Source: Candidatus Dormiibacterota bacterium
GTDB lineage: Bacteria > Chloroflexota > Dormibacteria > Aeolococcales > Aeolococcaceae
Length of the DNA: 64,000 nt
Assembly (NCBI GenBank): GCA_963718525.1
Contig: OY970355.1
Span: 1,504,001 to 1,568,000 of the forward strand
Direction: 5' to 3'
Shown piece by piece: positions 7,697 through 17,717 of this stretch. The first letter of the stretch is position 1. Every line of letters begins with the position of its first letter. The translations under genes and the position numbers were made by a program. The notes under the pieces were generated by a model. It had not been told where the DNA came from and did no database searches. It worked only from the letters and a program-made list of their open reading frames with translations.

Positions 7697-8053
7697 GTGC
7701 TCGTGATCGTTTCTCACTTCTGGTTCCTCTGGGTGCCCATCCTGTTCATCGGGCTGTGGGTTGCCGCCTTCGTCTACTGGATCGTCGCAATCGTCGAGGT
7801 CGCGAAGATTCCCGATGCCCAGTTCCGGGCGACCGGCAGCGAGAAGATCGTGTGGCTGCTCATCGTCATTCTCGGCGGCATCATCGGCGCGCTGGTGTGG
7901 CGCTTCGCCAAGCGCGATGACGTCATCCGCTACAGGGGCGCGGTGCCGCCGCCTCCCCCTGGTTGGTACCCCGAGGGCGTCACCGGAGCGCTGCGCTGGT
8001 GGGATGGAGTCAGGTGGACTGACGTGCGTCATTTCCCGCCGCCAACCTCCTAG
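7697..8053 (+). CDS. PLDc_N-like membrane protein with DUF2510-like domain
   Basis: Two TM helices, KIVWLLIV; PPGWYP...LRWWDG..WT motif. Confidence 0.8.
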   Translation: MLVIVSHFWFLWVPILFIGLWVAAFVYWIVAIVEVAKIPDAQFRATGSEKIVWLLIVILGGIIGALVWRFAKRDDVIRYRGAVPPPPPGWYPEGVTGALRWWDGVRWTDVRHFPPPTS

Positions 8054-8129
8054 TCGCAGGGCGTAACCAACTGTTCCGCGGGCCGTTTGAACGAGCGCTC
8101 CTGCACACACTCCACCGGAGGTTCCGCCA

Positions 8130-8555
8130 GTGACCCGGGTCCTCAAGCTCGCCGCAGCTGCCACCGGCGCCGCAGTCATCGCAATTGCGGCATTCCTTCT
8201 TCACCCGCGTTCTGGAGCGCGCCGCCGAGCGGCGGCCCGCCGTGCCACCGTCGGCGTCGCATCTCTCGTCGGTTCGGCCGTCGACAGGCGCCCCGGACGT
8301 TTCGGGGCAACCGGCTGGGATGCGACGCTCGCCAATCGCGTCCGGGTTGCCCTCTCGCTGGGGTTCGGCGACCTCGCGACCGGGCTGGAGATCCGCGCCA
8401 GCCGCGGTGTGATCACCCTGCGCGGTGAGGTCGACGAGCTCACCGATATCACGCGGTTCGAAACCGCCGTTCGTGAAGTCGGCGACGTGGCCGACGTTGA
8501 CAACCTGCTCCGGCTTCGCACCCGCGATGCGAGGCCTCGAGTCCTCTCCGCGTAG
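8130..8555 (+). CDS. BON domain protein
   Basis: DATLANRVR...GVITLRGEV...VADVDNLL. Confidence 0.75.
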   Translation: MTRVLKLAAAATGAAVIAIAAFLLHPRSGARRRAAARRATVGVASLVGSAVDRRPGRFGATGWDATLANRVRVALSLGFGDLATGLEIRASRGVITLRGEVDELTDITRFETAVREVGDVADVDNLLRLRTRDARPRVLSA

Positions 8556-8588
8556 CCGGATCACCTCGCAATCAGTGACACTCCCCGT

Positions 8589-9623
8589 GTGTCGCTGCCG
8601 TTCGACCCGCCGCTCGAGCCGATGCTTGCCCGCGCAGCTCCGGAGATTCCCCGAGAGGGGGGATGGCTCTACGAGCCCAAGTGGGATGGGTTCCGCGCGA
8701 TCGTGTTTCGCGACGGAGCCAATGTCCACATCGCAAGCCGGAACGCACTCGCGCTCGAGCGGTACTTTCCCGAACTGATCGAGCCGCTTCAGGCCGCGCT
8801 TCCCGAGCGAGCTATCGTCGATGGCGAGGTGGTGATCGCCACCGACCATGGACTGGACTTCGACGCTCTGCAGCAGCGCATCCACCCCGCGGCTTCACGC
8901 GTGCGCATGCTGTCGGAGAAGACGCCGGCATCCGTCGTGCTCTTCGACCTGCTCGCCCGTGACGGCGAGGACCTGCGCGAGCGACCGCTCGAGCAACGCC
9001 GCAGCGGGTTGATGCGGGCGATCACGACCAGCCGGACAGTCGGCGTCACACCCCAGACCAACGATCCCGACGAAGCGTCCACCTGGTTCACGCGTTATGA
9101 GGGCGCCGGCCTCGACGGCGTCGTCGCCAAGGATCCCGCCGGCACATACCGGCCCGGGGAGCGTCGCTGGGTGAAGGTGAAGCACCTGCGCACCGTGGAC
9201 TGCGTGGTCGGCGGCTACCGGATCGCCAAGGATGGGCGCGGCATCGGTTCGCTGCTGCTCGGTCTCTACGATGCCGACGGCTCGCTGCACCACGTCGGGC
9301 ACACGTCATCATTCGACGCCGCCGAACGGCGGGCGATCCTCGAACGGCTCCAGCCGCTGGTCGGCGGCGATAGCTTCGGTCACGGGCGGACTCCGGGAGG
9401 CCCCAGCCGCTGGCAGCGCTCAGCCGACAGCGCCTGGACTTCGGTGAGCCCGGAGCTCGTGTGCGAGGTTTCCTTCGACCATCTGCAGAGCGGCCGCTTC
9501 CGCCATGCGTCGCGCTTTCTCCGCTGGCGACCGGATAAGGCGCCGCGCTCCTGCGACTTCGATCAGCTGTCGCCGCCCGAGGAGTTCTCGCTGGACGACA
9601 TCCTCGTCTCTCGAGGTTCATGA
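8589..9623 (+). CDS. ligC: ATP-dependent DNA ligase LigC
   Basis: PMLA...YEPKWDGFR, GLDGVVAK, RFRH..RWRPDK. Confidence 0.93.
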   Translation: MSLPFDPPLEPMLARAAPEIPREGGWLYEPKWDGFRAIVFRDGANVHIASRNALALERYFPELIEPLQAALPERAIVDGEVVIATDHGLDFDALQQRIHPAASRVRMLSEKTPASVVLFDLLARDGEDLRERPLEQRRSGLMRAITTSRTVGVTPQTNDPDEASTWFTRYEGAGLDGVVAKDPAGTYRPGERRWVKVKHLRTVDCVVGGYRIAKDGRGIGSLLLGLYDADGSLHHVGHTSSFDAAERRAILERLQPLVGGDSFGHGRTPGGPSRWQRSADSAWTSVSPELVCEVSFDHLQSGRFRHASRFLRWRPDKAPRSCDFDQLSPPEEFSLDDILVSRGS

Positions 9624-9683
9624 GCCGAGGAGTTCGCAATCTGGACAGGGAGGCGGCACTCAGCATAGAGTGCCGGCGCGGTC

Positions 9684-10457
9684 ATGGCCGGTACTGACTA
9701 CAGCTCGTATCTGCGCATCGACGAGCTGCTCGAGCTGCAGCACCCGCTCACCGAGGGTGCGCACGACGAGCTGCTCTTCGTGGTCATCCATCAGGTCTAC
9801 GAGCTCTGGTTCAAGCTCATCCTCCACGAGCTGGATTTTGCGACCGCCGAATTGGCGGCCGGACGTCCCGAGGCTGCGATGGCGCCGCTGCACCGCACGA
9901 CGCGCATCGACGAGCTGCTGATTGCGCAGCTGCGCGTGCTCGAGACGCTGACGCCCGAGGGATTCCTCGCATTCCGCGATCCACTCAAGCCCGCCTCCGG
10001 TTTGCAGTCGGGACAGTTCCGGGCGATCGAGGTGCTCGGAGGCCTGGACGGGGCCACGCCTGCCGATACCTCACCGCTGTCGGACCACGACCGCGAGGAG
10101 TTGCGCCGGCGAGCTGGTATGCCGAACCTCTTCTCAGCGCTGTGCGCTTCACTCCGGGCTCACGGATTCGACGCGCCCGACGGTGACGGCACGGAGCTTC
10201 GCGAGCGGCGCCTGAACGCGCTGGTCGCGCTCTACAGCGACCACGCGACCGCGGAGCGCGCGGTCCTCCACCGGGTGTGCGAGCTGCTGCTCGACCACGA
10301 TGAGGCGATCTCGCGCTGGCGTTTCCACCACGCTCAGATGGCCGGACGCGAGATCGGGTCTCGACCCGGCACCGGCGGTGGTGGAGTCGCCTATCTCGAC
10401 ACAACCATCGCGCTGCGCTTCTTCCCCGAGCTCTGGGAGGTGCGCAACCGCCTGTGA
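9684..10457 (+). CDS. kynA: Tryptophan 2,3-dioxygenase
   Basis: HDELLFVVIHQVYELWFK, SGLQSGQFR, GTGG, FFPELW. Confidence 0.93.
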   Translation: MAGTDYSSYLRIDELLELQHPLTEGAHDELLFVVIHQVYELWFKLILHELDFATAELAAGRPEAAMAPLHRTTRIDELLIAQLRVLETLTPEGFLAFRDPLKPASGLQSGQFRAIEVLGGLDGATPADTSPLSDHDREELRRRAGMPNLFSALCASLRAHGFDAPDGDGTELRERRLNALVALYSDHATAERAVLHRVCELLLDHDEAISRWRFHHAQMAGREIGSRPGTGGGGVAYLDTTIALRFFPELWEVRNRL

Positions 10458-11705
10458 CCGTCGAACTTCCAGACAATCTCGACCGTAACTCGTGTGCCGC
10501 TCTGGACGCGCAGGATCCGCTCGCACCGTTCCGGGATCGCTTTCTCGATGACGGTGTCACCATCTACCTGGACGGCAACTCGATGGGGCGGTTGCCCAAG
10601 GCGACGATCCCGCGGTTGCGGGAGATGGCCGAGCGCGAATGGGGACGCATCCTGGTCCGGGGCTGGACCGAGTTCGGGGTGGATGGACTCTCCGGTCCGG
10701 GTCGGTGATGCAATCGGCCGTCTCGTCGGTGCGTCACCGGGTGAGGTGCTGGTTGCGGACACGACGTCTGTCGGCCTCTTCCGGCTGATGACGTCCGTGC
10801 TGCAGGCGCGTCCGAAGCGCCGCGTCATCGTCACCGAACGGAGCAATTTTCCCACCGACCTCTACATCGCACAGGGGGTTGCCGAGCTGCTGCGATGCGA
10901 GGTTCGCGCCGTCGAACGCGCGGGGCTCGTCGACGCGCTCGATGGCGACACAGCGCTGCTCCTGCTCACGGAGGTGGACTTCCGGACCGGGGAACGCCAT
11001 GACATGGGCGCGCTGACCGAGGCCGCACACGCTGCAGGGGCGCTGGTGCTCTGGGACCTCTCGCACTCCGCGGGCGCCGTCGAGATCCAGTTGAATCGCC
11101 ACAACGTCGACCTCGCGGTGGGCTGCGGCTACAAGTACCTCAACGGCGGACCCGGCTCGCCCGCCTACCTGTACGTCGCCACCGCGTTGCAGGATGAATT
11201 GCGCAATCCGATCCAGGGCTGGCTCGGGCATGACAACCCGTTCCTGTTCGACTCCGAGTACCGGCGCGCGCCGGGGATACGTGGCTGGATGAGTGGGTCA
11301 CCACCGGTGCTGGCGATCGGCGCGCTCGGTGTCGGCGTCGACATCCAGCTCGAGGCCGGCGCGCATGCGGTCGGGGAAAAGGCAGCCGCGCTCACGGAGG
11401 TTTTCATCCGCCGTGCGCATGCGCGTCTCGACGCGCTCGGGTTTGAGGTGGCGACGCCGACGTCACCGGATCGTCGTGGTGCGCAGGTGTCGCTCCGACA
11501 TGGGGACGGGCTCGCCGTCGTCCGCGCGGTTGCGGACCGCGGCGTCATCGGCGACTTCCGCCCGCCGGACATGTGCCGCTTCGGGCTCGCTCCGCTCTAC
11601 ACACGCTATGTCGACGTGTGGGACGCCGTGGAGCGGATCGCCGGCGTCGTCGAGAGCGGCATGACCGGGTTGCCGAGATACCATGAGGAGGTTGCGATCC
11701 CCTGA
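10454..11705 (+). pseudogene. kynU: Kynureninase, split by a +1 frameshift (possibly a sequencing error)
   Basis: YLDGNSMG N-terminus in frame 10454; WDLSHSAG and VGCGYKYLNGGPG in frame 10494; extra G in GGGG 10676-10679. Confidence 0.9.
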
Positions 11706-11707
11706 GC

Positions 11708-12247
11708 TCAGCTTGCCTGGGGTCGGGAGTACACGGCGATCGGCTTGAACACATAGGGCGTGACGGTGCACGCGCCGCTCTCCTGACAGACCCTGAAGCC
11801 GAAGATGATCCTCAGGTAGCCCACCCCTGCGTGGATGGTCCGGAACGTCCAGACCTCGGCGCCGGGGAACCCGCAGATTGCCGTGAGGTGGCAGGGCGGA
11901 TTCGCGATTGCGGCGAGGATGTCGGGGTTTTCGGATTCGACGGCCTCGCCGATCCCGGGGAGCAGCACGATCTCGACGCTCGAACCCAGGGGAACGCGAA
12001 CCTGCCCGGTGGTTTTGGGCTGCAGGACGATCACGTCGCCGTCGCGTCCTTCGACGTCGGAAACCGCTGCCACGGCCAGCGATCGGACCACGGCGGGCTT
12101 GGGGCGCGTCGCATAGAGCACCACGGTGATCAGCGCGCCAAGCACGATCGGGATGACCATCGCGGCGGTGACGAGCAGCCATCGCCGCCGTGCGACCCCC
12201 CTGGAGTTGGCGCTCAGCGCCTGGTCGTTTCGCGGGGTGCGCGCCAT
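11708..12247 (-). CDS. Membrane-anchored protein, possibly chagasin/inhibitor-I42-like fold
   Basis: N-terminal TM; VRVPLGSSVEIVL...EVWTFRTIHAG pattern; Cys pairs. Confidence 0.5.
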   Translation of the reverse strand: MARTPRNDQALSANSRGVARRRWLLVTAAMVIPIVLGALITVVLYATRPKPAVVRSLAVAAVSDVEGRDGDVIVLQPKTTGQVRVPLGSSVEIVLLPGIGEAVESENPDILAAIANPPCHLTAICGFPGAEVWTFRTIHAGVGYLRIIFGFRVCQESGACTVTPYVFKPIAVYSRPQAS

Positions 12248-12915
12248 GCCGACCACGTTGACCACGCGACGATGAGCACCACCATCGCGACGATGACCCA
12301 GAGAGCGTAGTTGCTGATCGTCTGCGCCACGGCGACCGCGGGCTGGCCGATCGCCCACCCGGCTCCGACGATGGCGCCGATGTACGCGAGGGTGCCGATC
12401 AGGTCGGCCAGGATGAAGACCACGAACGGCATTCCGGCTTCGCCGGCGGCCATGTAGAAGAGTGGCGATGGTGCCGGAAGAAACGGCGCCAGCACGATCG
12501 TCCACACACCGTATTTCTTGAAGAACCGCTCGCCACGCGCCGCTCGTTTTCGCCACCGCGGGTCCGATGCGCTGAGGTAGTTGATCAGGCCCCTGCCATA
12601 CCGTTTGCCGGCCCAGAAGAAGAACGGGTCGGTCACCATCGCGATCGGGATGGGTGCGATCAGGGCCAGCAGCAGCGGGACCCTCCCGACCCTTGCGAAC
12701 CCGCCGGCGGCCACCATCGATGCGATGCTGCCGCGGAGCGCGCTGAGCAGGACCGGGTTGCGGCCGAGCAGCAGCGGCGTCAGCGGCAGCCCGACGTAGT
12801 AATAGATGGTGTTCGCGATGATCGGCCCGACACAGAGCACGTCCTTGATGCCGATCCCGGGACGGGGTCGAAGCGGCTCCGCCGGAGCGTCGGCGATCAG
12901 GGTCTCGCTGTCCAC
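12214..12915 (-). CDS. DedA/VTT family membrane protein
   Basis: DPFFFWAGKRYG, RFFKKYG, AGEAGMPF motifs. Confidence 0.88.
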   Translation of the reverse strand: MDSETLIADAPAEPLRPRPGIGIKDVLCVGPIIANTIYYYVGLPLTPLLLGRNPVLLSALRGSIASMVAAGGFARVGRVPLLLALIAPIPIAMVTDPFFFWAGKRYGRGLINYLSASDPRWRKRAARGERFFKKYGVWTIVLAPFLPAPSPLFYMAAGEAGMPFVVFILADLIGTLAYIGAIVGAGWAIGQPAVAVAQTISNYALWVIVAMVVLIVAWSTWSAWRAPRETTRR

Positions 12916-12950
12916 TGACCCATTGTCACCTCTCCTCGGAGGCGACGCGG

Positions 12951-13919
12951 TCAGGCGACGTCGCGGACGGGCATCTCGAGCGTAACAGCCGGCTCTGACG
13001 TTCGACTCTGGCCGATCAGGAGGAGCACGACGGCGCCGATGATCAGCGCGGCCGCCACCAGCGTGAGCGACGTCACCTGCTCGCCGAGCACGACCGCTCC
13101 CAGGGCGACCGCCACCACGGGATTCACGAACGCGTACGTCGACGCGGCCGTGACCGAGACGTGGTGGAGGAGCCAGATGTAGGCGACGTAACCGACGAGT
13201 GCCCCGATGAGCACCAGGTACACGAAGGCGGCCACCGAGGCGACCGACACATTGCCGAGATGGACGCGACCGAGTTCCCCGGTGGCAATGCCGGCCACGG
13301 TCAGGAGCGCGCCGCCGGCGATCATCTCCATCGCGATCGCCATGAGCGGCTGGCTCGGAGCCGGGGCCGTGCGTGCGTAGAGCGAACCGATCGCCCAGAG
13401 CAGCGGCGCCAGCAGCACCACCAGCGTCTGCCAATGGCCGGCGCCTGCGCCGCCCGGCCGGACCAGGAGAAAGATCCCGGCGAGCCCAAGCGAGATGCCG
13501 ATCGCCGCCGTCCAGTTGATCCAGCGGCCGCCGAACGCCGGCGCGAACAGCGCCATCCAAAGCGGCACCGTGGCGATGATCAGCGCAACGAAACCGGACG
13601 GCAGGTACTGCTCTCCCCAGGCAACGCCGCCGTTGCCGACGAGCAGCAGGCACGCTCCGATGATCAGCGCCGACCGCCAGTGAATGAGCGTCAGCCGCTC
13701 ACGAGGAGCTCCGGGACGGCGGGAGAATGCCATCAGCAGGAGCCCGGCGAAGATGAATCTCGCTCCCGACATCAACAGCGCCGGGAGGGTCTCGCTCGCG
13801 ATGTGAATCGTGAGGTAGGTCGATCCCCAGATGAGGTACACCGCGGCAAAGGCGACCACGATCTGAGCGCGAGAGGCCTGGGGACGGGGGATCTGGGCTA
13901 TGGACACGTTCCGTCTCAT
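12951..13919 (-). CDS. EamA/DMT transporter (YedA-like)
   Basis: VYLIWGSTYL, YAFVNPVVAVALG, about 10 TM. Confidence 0.92.
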   Translation of the reverse strand: MRRNVSIAQIPRPQASRAQIVVAFAAVYLIWGSTYLTIHIASETLPALLMSGARFIFAGLLLMAFSRRPGAPRERLTLIHWRSALIIGACLLLVGNGGVAWGEQYLPSGFVALIIATVPLWMALFAPAFGGRWINWTAAIGISLGLAGIFLLVRPGGAGAGHWQTLVVLLAPLLWAIGSLYARTAPAPSQPLMAIAMEMIAGGALLTVAGIATGELGRVHLGNVSVASVAAFVYLVLIGALVGYVAYIWLLHHVSVTAASTYAFVNPVVAVALGAVVLGEQVTSLTLVAAALIIGAVVLLLIGQSRTSEPAVTLEMPVRDVA

Positions 13920-13934
13920 TTGTTATAATACAAA
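13919..13934. promoter_or_regulatory. Palindromic operator overlapping a -10 box (MocR-type regulator)
   Basis: TTTGT-TATAAT-ACAAA in the 18-bp gap between divergent genes. Confidence 0.65.
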
Positions 13935-13937
13935 GCG

Positions 13938-15263
13938 TTGAACGTACCGATACGTTATCACATCACGGGCCGGCGGGCGTCCGAGATCGCCGAGAGCGTC
14001 GAACGCGGTATTCGCGATGGCGAGCTCACCGCGGGGACCCGTCTGCCCACCGTGCGCTCGCTCGCATCTCATCGCGGGATCAGCACCGCAACGGTCGCCT
14101 CCGCGTATCGCGAGCTGCGCCGGCGCGGACTCGTTGCGGGCGCCGGACGGCTGGGCACCACCATCGCACCGCGGGTGCCGCCCTCGCCTCGAGGCAGGCC
14201 GATCGTTCCCGCCGGGGTCGTCGACCTGCTGTCGGGCAACCCCGATCCGGCGCTGCTGCCCGACCTCGGCCCGGCATTCGCATCGCTGCCGCGCGAGCCG
14301 GTGCTCTACGGCGCAGCGGGCTCCGATCCCGAGCTTTTGGCCCTTGCCGCAGCTCGCCTCGATCGTGACGGTGTGCCGAGCGACCATCTGACCGTGGTCG
14401 GCGGGGCCCTCGATGGGTTCCAGCTCGCGCTCCAGGCGCACCTTCGTCCCGGCGATCGGATCGCCGTCGAGGATCCCTGCTACCCGGGGATCATCGACCT
14501 CGCAGCCGCACTCGGCCTCACCGTGCTGCCGATGGCGATCGATGACAGCGGCCCGGCGCCCGAGGGTCTCGAGCGGGCGCTGCGGGGCGGCGCCGCAGCA
14601 TGCGCGTTGACGCCACGCGCGCAGAACCCGTATGGGTCGGCCGTCGATGCCGGCCGAGCTCAGGAACTCAGGGCGGTGCTCGCCCGGCATCCCGCGGTGT
14701 TGGTGCTCGAGGATGACCATGCCTTCGACATCACAGAACGGTCGTGCCACTCCCTCTGTGAGCCGGGGCGCGCTCGCTGGGCACATCTTCGGTCGGTCTC
14801 GAAGTCGCTGGGACCGGACCTGCGCCTCGCGATCATGGCCGGCGACGCGACCACCGTGGCACGCGTCGAAGGCCGCCGCCTCATCGCCGCCGGCTGGGTG
14901 TCGCATCTCCTCCAGCGTCTGGTGGCCCACATATGGAGTGATCCTGGCGAGGCGGCTCGCGCCGCGGATGTCGCGGCGATCTATTCGCACCGCCGTGAGA
15001 CGCTGCGTGATGCACTAGCTGCTCGGGGCATCGAGTCCCACGGCCGCTCGGGCCTCAACGTCTGGATCCCGGTTGCTCACGAGGACGCCACCGTCGCGGC
15101 GCTCCAGGAGCGTGGGTGGGGCGTGCTCGGTGGCGATCGGTTTCGCATCGCCAGCTCACGCGGCATCCGGGTCACGACCTCGCGGCTCGACGACGACGCG
15201 GCGTTCCGATTCACGGTGGACCTTGCAGCGGCGCTCACACCCCAGCCGTCGCGGCTGAGCTGA
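13938..15263 (+). CDS. GntR/MocR family PLP-dependent regulator (PtsJ-like)
   Basis: LPTVRSLA..TVASAY wHTH; TPRAQNP, EDDH, RSVSKSLGPDLR. Confidence 0.9.
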   Translation: MNVPIRYHITGRRASEIAESVERGIRDGELTAGTRLPTVRSLASHRGISTATVASAYRELRRRGLVAGAGRLGTTIAPRVPPSPRGRPIVPAGVVDLLSGNPDPALLPDLGPAFASLPREPVLYGAAGSDPELLALAAARLDRDGVPSDHLTVVGGALDGFQLALQAHLRPGDRIAVEDPCYPGIIDLAAALGLTVLPMAIDDSGPAPEGLERALRGGAAACALTPRAQNPYGSAVDAGRAQELRAVLARHPAVLVLEDDHAFDITERSCHSLCEPGRARWAHLRSVSKSLGPDLRLAIMAGDATTVARVEGRRLIAAGWVSHLLQRLVAHIWSDPGEAARAADVAAIYSHRRETLRDALAARGIESHGRSGLNVWIPVAHEDATVAALQERGWGVLGGDRFRIASSRGIRVTTSRLDDDAAFRFTVDLAAALTPQPSRLS

Positions 15264-15271
15264 GCCCGGCG

Positions 15272-16054
15272 ATGCCCGAGCACCTGTCGGAGCGGACCCA
15301 CCAGAACCGAGCCCGCGCCCTCGCATTCGGCGGCGTGGCCTCAACCTATGATCGCGCCCGCCCCTCGTACCCGCCGGCGCTCATCGACGCGCTGGTCGAC
15401 CCGGCGCCCCATCAGGTCCTCGACGTCGGCTGCGGTACTGGGAAGGCAGCCCGGCTGCTGGTCGGACGCGGCTGCGACGTTCTCGGCATCGAGCCCGACC
15501 CATCGATGGCCGCTGTCGCGCGGGACCACGGCATCACCGTCGAGGAGGCGACGTTCGAGGACTGGGAGCCGCGCGGGCGCGTCTACGATCTGGTCGTCTC
15601 CGGACAGGCATGGCACTGGGTGAATCCGGAGGTGGGGATCCCCAAGGCGGGCTCGGTGCTGCGCCCGGGTGGACGCCTCGGCGTGTTCTGGAATCGCGGC
15701 CGGCCGGATGGCGCCGCCGCTGCGGCGCTCGACGCCGTGTACACCCGCGTAGCCCCGGAGATCGCCAGGACGAACCTCGCGCTGAACCTGCCTCCCGAAC
15801 CCATCGACCGGACAGCGGAGTTCCGCCAGGGTGGCTTCTTCGGCGACGTCTCGGTGCGCACCTTCCCCTGGGCCACCGTGTACGACCGGGCCGGATGGAT
15901 CGAGTTCGTCTCCACGCTCGCCGATCACATCCTCCTTCCCGACGCCCAGCGGCGTGGGCTCCTCGATGCGCTCGGCGACGCAGTCGACGCTGTCGGGGGC
16001 AGCCTGACCTACCGGTACTCGACGCTCCTGGTGCTCGCCACGCGAGGGATGTGA
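15272..16054 (+). CDS. Class I SAM-dependent methyltransferase
   Basis: YDRARPSYP, VLDVGCGTG, GQAWHWV. Confidence 0.9.
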   Translation: MPEHLSERTHQNRARALAFGGVASTYDRARPSYPPALIDALVDPAPHQVLDVGCGTGKAARLLVGRGCDVLGIEPDPSMAAVARDHGITVEEATFEDWEPRGRVYDLVVSGQAWHWVNPEVGIPKAGSVLRPGGRLGVFWNRGRPDGAAAAALDAVYTRVAPEIARTNLALNLPPEPIDRTAEFRQGGFFGDVSVRTFPWATVYDRAGWIEFVSTLADHILLPDAQRRGLLDALGDAVDAVGGSLTYRYSTLLVLATRGM

Positions 16055-16075
16055 CCGCAGCCGTACCATCGCTCG

Positions 16076-17461
16076 ATGGCCACTGCAGTAGCGCAATTTC
16101 GCTCCGTCAATCCCGCAACCGGCAAGGAAATCGAGGTCTTCGACATCACCGCGGGAGGTCAGGTCGACGCGGCCTTGCAGCTCGCCGCCGCCCGCGCACC
16201 GCGCTGGGCGGCCACGCCGATGGCGGCACGCGCCCAGCTGTTGCACGACCTCGCCGCGGTGTTGCGTCGCGACGCCGACCTCCTCGCCGCGACCAGCACG
16301 GCGGAGATGGGCAAAACGCTTGCGGAGGCGCGCGCTGAGGTGGAGAAATGCGCATTCGGCTGCGACTACTTCGCGGACAACGCCGCGCAATTCCTTGCGG
16401 ACGAGCCGTCGCCCAGTGACTCCCCGGCAAGCTTCATCACGTTCGAGCCGCTCGGAACGGTCCTCGCCTGCATGCCCTGGAACTTCCCGTACTGGCAGGT
16501 GATTCGCTGCTTCGCCCCGGCGGTCGCCGCCGGCAATTGCGTGGTCCTGAAGCACGCGAACAACGTCACCCGCTGCGCGCTGCGCCTGGCGGATGCCATC
16601 CGGGACGCGGGGTTTCCCGAAGGCGTGTTCGCGGTGCTGATCATCCCCGTCGACATGGTCGGCGGGGTCATCGCGGATCCCCGGATCAACGCCGTGAGCC
16701 TCACCGGCAGCACCGAAGCGGGCCGGAGCGTTGGCAGCATCGCGGGTGCGCACCTCAAGAAGAGCGTGCTCGAGCTCGGTGGCTCGGACGCGTTCGTCGT
16801 CCTCGACGATGCAGACATCCCCGCTGCCGCCGCGATGGCTTCGAAGTCGCGGTTCCAGAACGCGGGTCAGAGCTGCATCGCGGCGAAGCGGTTCATCGTT
16901 GCGGAGTCCGTCGCCGAGGATTTCGAGCAGCGCCTCGCAGCAGAAGCGCGGGCGATCAAGGTTGGTGACCCCACAGATCCGGCGACCACCATGGGCCCGC
17001 TCGCGCGGAGCGATCTGCGGCGCAGCCTCCGCCGCCAGCTCGACGAAAGCGTCGCGGCCGGCGCCGAGATCATCCACGGTGGGAATGCGCCGGACGGCCC
17101 CGGCTTCTACTTCGAACCGACGGTGATCCGTCGATGCACCGTTGACATGGCCGCGTTCACCGAGGAGACCTTCGGGCCCCTTGCTGCGGTCATGCGCGTT
17201 CGCGACGACGATGAGGCCGTGGCTGTCGCGAATCACACCACCTTCGGTCTGGGCGGCAACGTCTGGAGCGGCGATCCCGACCGCGGGCTCGCGGTCGCGT
17301 CGCGCATGCACACCGGCGGCGTCTTCATCAATGGCATGACCCACTCCGATCCGCGCCTTCCGTTCGGTGGCATCGGCGAGTCCGGATACGGACGCGAGCT
17401 GCATCGCTACGGCCTCCGCGAGCTCGTCAACATCAAGACCGTGTGGCGCCCCGCCGGCTGA
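16076..17461 (+). CDS. NAD(P)-dependent succinate-semialdehyde dehydrogenase family
   Basis: MPWNFPYWQ, LELGGSD, QNAGQSCIA, EETFGP, PFGGIGESGYG. Confidence 0.9.
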   Translation: MATAVAQFRSVNPATGKEIEVFDITAGGQVDAALQLAAARAPRWAATPMAARAQLLHDLAAVLRRDADLLAATSTAEMGKTLAEARAEVEKCAFGCDYFADNAAQFLADEPSPSDSPASFITFEPLGTVLACMPWNFPYWQVIRCFAPAVAAGNCVVLKHANNVTRCALRLADAIRDAGFPEGVFAVLIIPVDMVGGVIADPRINAVSLTGSTEAGRSVGSIAGAHLKKSVLELGGSDAFVVLDDADIPAAAAMASKSRFQNAGQSCIAAKRFIVAESVAEDFEQRLAAEARAIKVGDPTDPATTMGPLARSDLRRSLRRQLDESVAAGAEIIHGGNAPDGPGFYFEPTVIRRCTVDMAAFTEETFGPLAAVMRVRDDDEAVAVANHTTFGLGGNVWSGDPDRGLAVASRMHTGGVFINGMTHSDPRLPFGGIGESGYGRELHRYGLRELVNIKTVWRPAG

Positions 17462-17488
17462 GAGGCGCGACGCGATGAGCCCACGCAC

Positions 17489-17698
17489 GTGAGCCACGTC
17501 GCCGAGGAGGCGAGGGCCCTCGGGTTGCGGTTGCAGTCGCGCCGGTGGGACGATCCGCCGCACACGCTCGACACGATGGACACGGCGATCGCCGAGCTCG
17601 CCGCGCTGCGACACATCGCCGTCGACTCGGACGACCTGCTCGCGCTGCAGGACGTGCTTGCCGAGCTCAGTGAGATGCGCCGCCAGCTGGACGTCTGA
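17489..17698 (+). CDS. Hypothetical protein
   Basis: Short ORF in operon orientation. Confidence 0.45.
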   Translation: MSHVAEEARALGLRLQSRRWDDPPHTLDTMDTAIAELAALRHIAVDSDDLLALQDVLAELSEMRRQLDV

Positions 17699-17717
17699 CG
17701 CTCATGGCTCCTGAAGG

